64,000 nt of DNA from Candidatus Poribacteria bacterium (GTDB lineage: Bacteria; Poribacteria; WGA-4E; JAJDTR01). Positions 60,863 to 64,000 of this stretch are shown one piece after another; within the stretch, counting starts at the first letter, position 1, and every line of letters starts with the position of its first letter. The notes beneath the pieces were generated by a model. That model saw only the letters and a list, made by a program, of their open reading frames with translations, ran no database searches and was not told the origin of the DNA. The translations under genes and the position numbers were made by a program. The stretch spans positions 2,080,001 to 2,144,000 of the forward strand of contig CBDCTK010000002.1 in assembly GCA_965222225.1 (NCBI GenBank), read 5' to 3'.

Positions 60863-62257
60863 TTGAGCCACGAGTACCAATATCTTCAGCTTGACCGCCA
60901 AATGGTTGGCGACATCTATACATCGCGCGAAGCGATGGACAATCTGACCATCTTATGTGATGATTTCGGGTCGCGGTTCGCGGGTACACCGGAAGAGAGG
61001 AAAGCCGCGGAATTCATCCAAGAGACTTTCGTGCGATACGGTCTCAAAAATGTGCGCTTGGAGGCATACCCCTACGCGGGGTGGTCTCGTGGGAAAGCAA
61101 CATTGGAAATTGTAGAACCCGTTCAGAAGTCTATCCCATGCATTTCGCTGCCGTACTGTCCTGCAGATGAAATCGCCGCGGAACTTATCTCCGCCGGTTA
61201 CGGCAGTCCGACAGAGTACGAGGGCATTGGCGACCAGATAGCTGGAAAGATAGTCATGGCTTTAAGCGCTTCGCCACCCGACTTGGGACGGTGGGTGCAT
61301 CGGAAAGAGAAGTACGATCGAGCGGTGCTTGGCGGCGCTAAGGTTTTCATCTTTGTTAGCGAACATCCCGGCGTCGGTCCGGAAACAGGCAGCCTTCAGA
61401 ATGATAGCATTGCGCCGATTCCCGGCATCTCTATTTGTAAAGAGGATGGGGCATTCTTGCTTCGATTGGCGGAGAGATATGGAAACGTGCGATTGCATGT
61501 GCGTACGACTGACATCAACGAAGCGCGAACATCGTGGAATGTCATCGGCGACCTACCGGGGAATGAAAGTCCGGACGAAATGGTAATTGTTGGGTGCCAC
61601 TACGACGGACACGACATATCTCAAGGAGCGCACGATCCCGCTTCCGGTATGGTTTCAGTCATTGAGGCGTCACGGGTGTTATCGCGGTATGCCGCAAATA
61701 TCCTTAAACGTACTGTGCGATTCATTGCATTCGGCACGGAAGAGATTGGGTTAACCGGTGCATTTCATTATGTGGCAGCCCATAACGACGAACTAGACAA
61801 GATACGGTTCATGTTTAATATGGATGCCTCGGGCGGAGCGGGTCGCAAGGGAATCGGACTGCATCAGTGGGAAGAACTGGAATCTTTTTTCAAGGAGGCC
61901 GCGAAAGATATGGCCGCGGAGATTCCGATTGGACAAAAACTGAATTCCTACTCGGATCATTTCCCGTTTGTTTTGAAAGGAGTTCCGTCAGGTGATATGA
62001 GCGACCCCGAAGCACCGCCCCACGGACGAGGTTTCGGGCATACGGCGTATGACACCTTGGAGAAAGTAGAGCTAGAAAATCTTAGGACGGCCAGTGCGGT
62101 CGGTACACGGCTCGCACTTCGTATTGCCAACGCCGACGAATTTCCTGCTAACCGACGCACCAATACAGCAATTCAAGAGGTTATCGACACCGACCCTGGT
62201 TTGGAGGGATACAGGGTATCGCTTGAATTAGCGAGGCTACGGCAAGAAGCAAGTTGA
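60863..62257 (+). CDS. M28-family peptidase with PA domain
   Basis: GCHYDGH, GAHDPASG, FGTEEIG, NMD, SDHFPF, HT.YDT. Confidence 0.9.
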   Translation: MSHEYQYLQLDRQMVGDIYTSREAMDNLTILCDDFGSRFAGTPEERKAAEFIQETFVRYGLKNVRLEAYPYAGWSRGKATLEIVEPVQKSIPCISLPYCPADEIAAELISAGYGSPTEYEGIGDQIAGKIVMALSASPPDLGRWVHRKEKYDRAVLGGAKVFIFVSEHPGVGPETGSLQNDSIAPIPGISICKEDGAFLLRLAERYGNVRLHVRTTDINEARTSWNVIGDLPGNESPDEMVIVGCHYDGHDISQGAHDPASGMVSVIEASRVLSRYAANILKRTVRFIAFGTEEIGLTGAFHYVAAHNDELDKIRFMFNMDASGGAGRKGIGLHQWEELESFFKEAAKDMAAEIPIGQKLNSYSDHFPFVLKGVPSGDMSDPEAPPHGRGFGHTAYDTLEKVELENLRTASAVGTRLALRIANADEFPANRRTNTAIQEVIDTDPGLEGYRVSLELARLRQEAS

Positions 62258-62314
62258 TTTTCAACTGGTAGTTCGAAATTTGTCCGAAAAAGTTTCAAGG
62301 AAAACAACCATCAA

Positions 62315-63166
62315 ATGCGTGTGTACGCTCTGTCGGATCTCCATGTCGATTACAAATGTAACATGTCCCTCCTTCAAAAAATGTCCGACATTGAGTATGT
62401 AGACGATGCACTCTTACTGGCTGGCGATATTAGCGATGATTTGGACCAACTGAAGACCTGCCTTGCCGGATTACGCGCGAAGTTCCGGTGCGTATTTTTC
62501 GTGCCCGGCAATCATGACCTGTGGCTACGGCGGAAGGAATATGTTGACTCGATAGCGAAGTTCTGGAGTATTTTGCACCTCTGCCAATCGTTAAATGTGG
62601 AAATATGCCCTGCCAAGATTGGGTATTCGAAAGATACTACCGGTGTCTGGATTGTGCCGCTTTATTCATGGTACGTGAAGCCTGAGGAGGGAGATTGCAG
62701 CCTATACGCTCCCAAGGCGGGCGATGACCCGACGCTGTCGATGTGGAGCGACAATCGCTTCACCCGGTGGCCAACCACCAAGAACGGCGCACCGACAGCA
62801 GACTATTTCCTGCGCTTAAACGAGAAAAACATCCGCCGAACCTATGATGCACCGGTCATCTCCTTTAGCCATTTTCTGCCTCGGACGGATCTTATGTTCA
62901 GCGCAGAGCGCGAGAAAAATGCCGCTGGAACACGACGCAAAGATCGGCATCCGAGGTTCAATTTCAGCCGTGTCGCCGGATGCACCTGCCTCGAAAAGCA
63001 AATTCGACAACTCAACTCCACGGTCCATGTGTACGGACATCAACACCGCGATCGATTTCGACGAGTCAATGACATACTCTACGTCTCACACTGCCTCGGT
63101 TATCCCCACGATCGAACCCCTGAACCGAATGGCGAAATCAACGTGGTGCCTAAATTGATTTGGTAG
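62315..63166 (+). CDS. Calcineurin-like metallophosphoesterase
   Basis: SDLH, AGD, PGNHD, SH, GHQH. Confidence 0.9.
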   Translation: MRVYALSDLHVDYKCNMSLLQKMSDIEYVDDALLLAGDISDDLDQLKTCLAGLRAKFRCVFFVPGNHDLWLRRKEYVDSIAKFWSILHLCQSLNVEICPAKIGYSKDTTGVWIVPLYSWYVKPEEGDCSLYAPKAGDDPTLSMWSDNRFTRWPTTKNGAPTADYFLRLNEKNIRRTYDAPVISFSHFLPRTDLMFSAEREKNAAGTRRKDRHPRFNFSRVAGCTCLEKQIRQLNSTVHVYGHQHRDRFRRVNDILYVSHCLGYPHDRTPEPNGEINVVPKLIW

Positions 63167-63282
63167 GCCTAAAAGTTGTAGCCATACTCCGTATGCCGTA
63201 ACCGTGGAACATACATACTATTGTTGCATTAGGCCGTTGTTTATTCAGCCACCAGTTTTATCAGAATAGAAAGAAAGCCATT

Positions 63283-64000
63283 TTGATAAAGCCCCAGCAT
63301 ATCTGTTGCTTCCTAACTAAAATCCTGGTTGTCCTGCTTTCATTGTCGCAACTAGAACAAACGGCAGTGAGCCAATCAAAATCAGAACTGCAAACGGATC
63401 TTGCAGTTTCTCGGAGGAATGCGCTTGTCCGTGCGGTGGAGAAAGCCAGTCCCGCGGTTGTCAATATTAGCACGATTACAACACGGCAAGTCAGAACGCC
63501 TTCATTCTTTGATGACCCTTGGGCGCCTTTTTTCGATTTTCCTTTCGAGATCCCACGACAGCGACAGCTTAATGGACTCGGCTCGGGAGTAATCATTGAC
63601 AAGAATGGCTATGTGCTAACAAATCAACATGTGATTGCGGGAGCAGATGAAACACGTGTAATTCTCTCAGACGGACGAGAGTTCGAGGCAACGGTTGTTG
63701 GGGAGGATTATCTCTCGGATCTTGCATTGTTGGAAATTGAGGCGCCGAATCTTACGCAGATTGAGTTTGGTGATTCAGACAACCTACTTGTAGGAGAATG
63801 GGCTATTGCAATCGGTCACCCGTTTGCAGTAACAGGCGGCGACCCGCAACCGACTGTCACTATCGGAGTGGTTAGTGCCACTAACCGTGCCATCAAGATT
63901 GACGACAGACTGTATCAGCGGCTCATTCAGACAGACGCTTCAATTAACCCGGGCAACAGCGGAGGAGCGCTTGTGGACATGTACGGAAAACTCATCGGAA
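63283..64000 (+). CDS. HtrA/DegP-like trypsin serine protease, 3'-truncated by window edge
   Basis: ASPAVVNI, GLGSGVII...LTNQHV, DLALL, IQTDASINPGNSGGAL. Confidence 0.93.
   Translation, partial: MIKPQHICCFLTKILVVLLSLSQLEQTAVSQSKSELQTDLAVSRRNALVRAVEKASPAVVNISTITTRQVRTPSFFDDPWAPFFDFPFEIPRQRQLNGLGSGVIIDKNGYVLTNQHVIAGADETRVILSDGREFEATVVGEDYLSDLALLEIEAPNLTQIEFGDSDNLLVGEWAIAIGHPFAVTGGDPQPTVTIGVVSATNRAIKIDDRLYQRLIQTDASINPGNSGGALVDMYGKLIG

Noticed and set aside
1-64000. tRNA or rRNA genes
   Set aside because: No cloverleaf or rRNA-like segment recognised by eye; tRNAscan-SE would confirm

Overview
Bacterial chromosomal window, most likely from Candidatus Poribacteria. This is inferred from several PhyH dioxygenases, WD40/TolB/TPR repeat proteins, a recurring C-terminal 'VxPxxKxxxxWGxLK' motif and a FlgD/T9SS-like C-terminal domain. 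It holds a type III restriction-modification locus inactivated four times (two frameshifts, an IS630 and an IS701), a run of oxidoreductase/hydrolase genes, and a cobalamin-riboswitch operon (two beta-propellers and an ECF S-component fusion). It also holds hicBA, a TIR protein, a matrixin-TPR protein, ndk, hsp20-lon, three TolB-like paralogs, a degraded ECF sigma/extracytoplasmic fusion, trxB-grxC, a TlpA, a YceI protein flanked by 32 Asn-Pro-Cys repeats, a Crp/Fnr regulator and a partial HtrA. The most striking unannotated signal is intergenic: at least 11 copies of a ~36-bp module, ATCAA-[NN-GA-NN-GRATA-N'N'-GA-N'N']-GYGATAGARATCC. Its paired positions differ between copies yet stay complementary (42 of 44 pairs Watson-Crick, 2 G-T). 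It sits inside REP-like hairpins and MITEs, nests inside itself, and both empty and filled target sites occur in the window. All calls are by eye; no searches were run.
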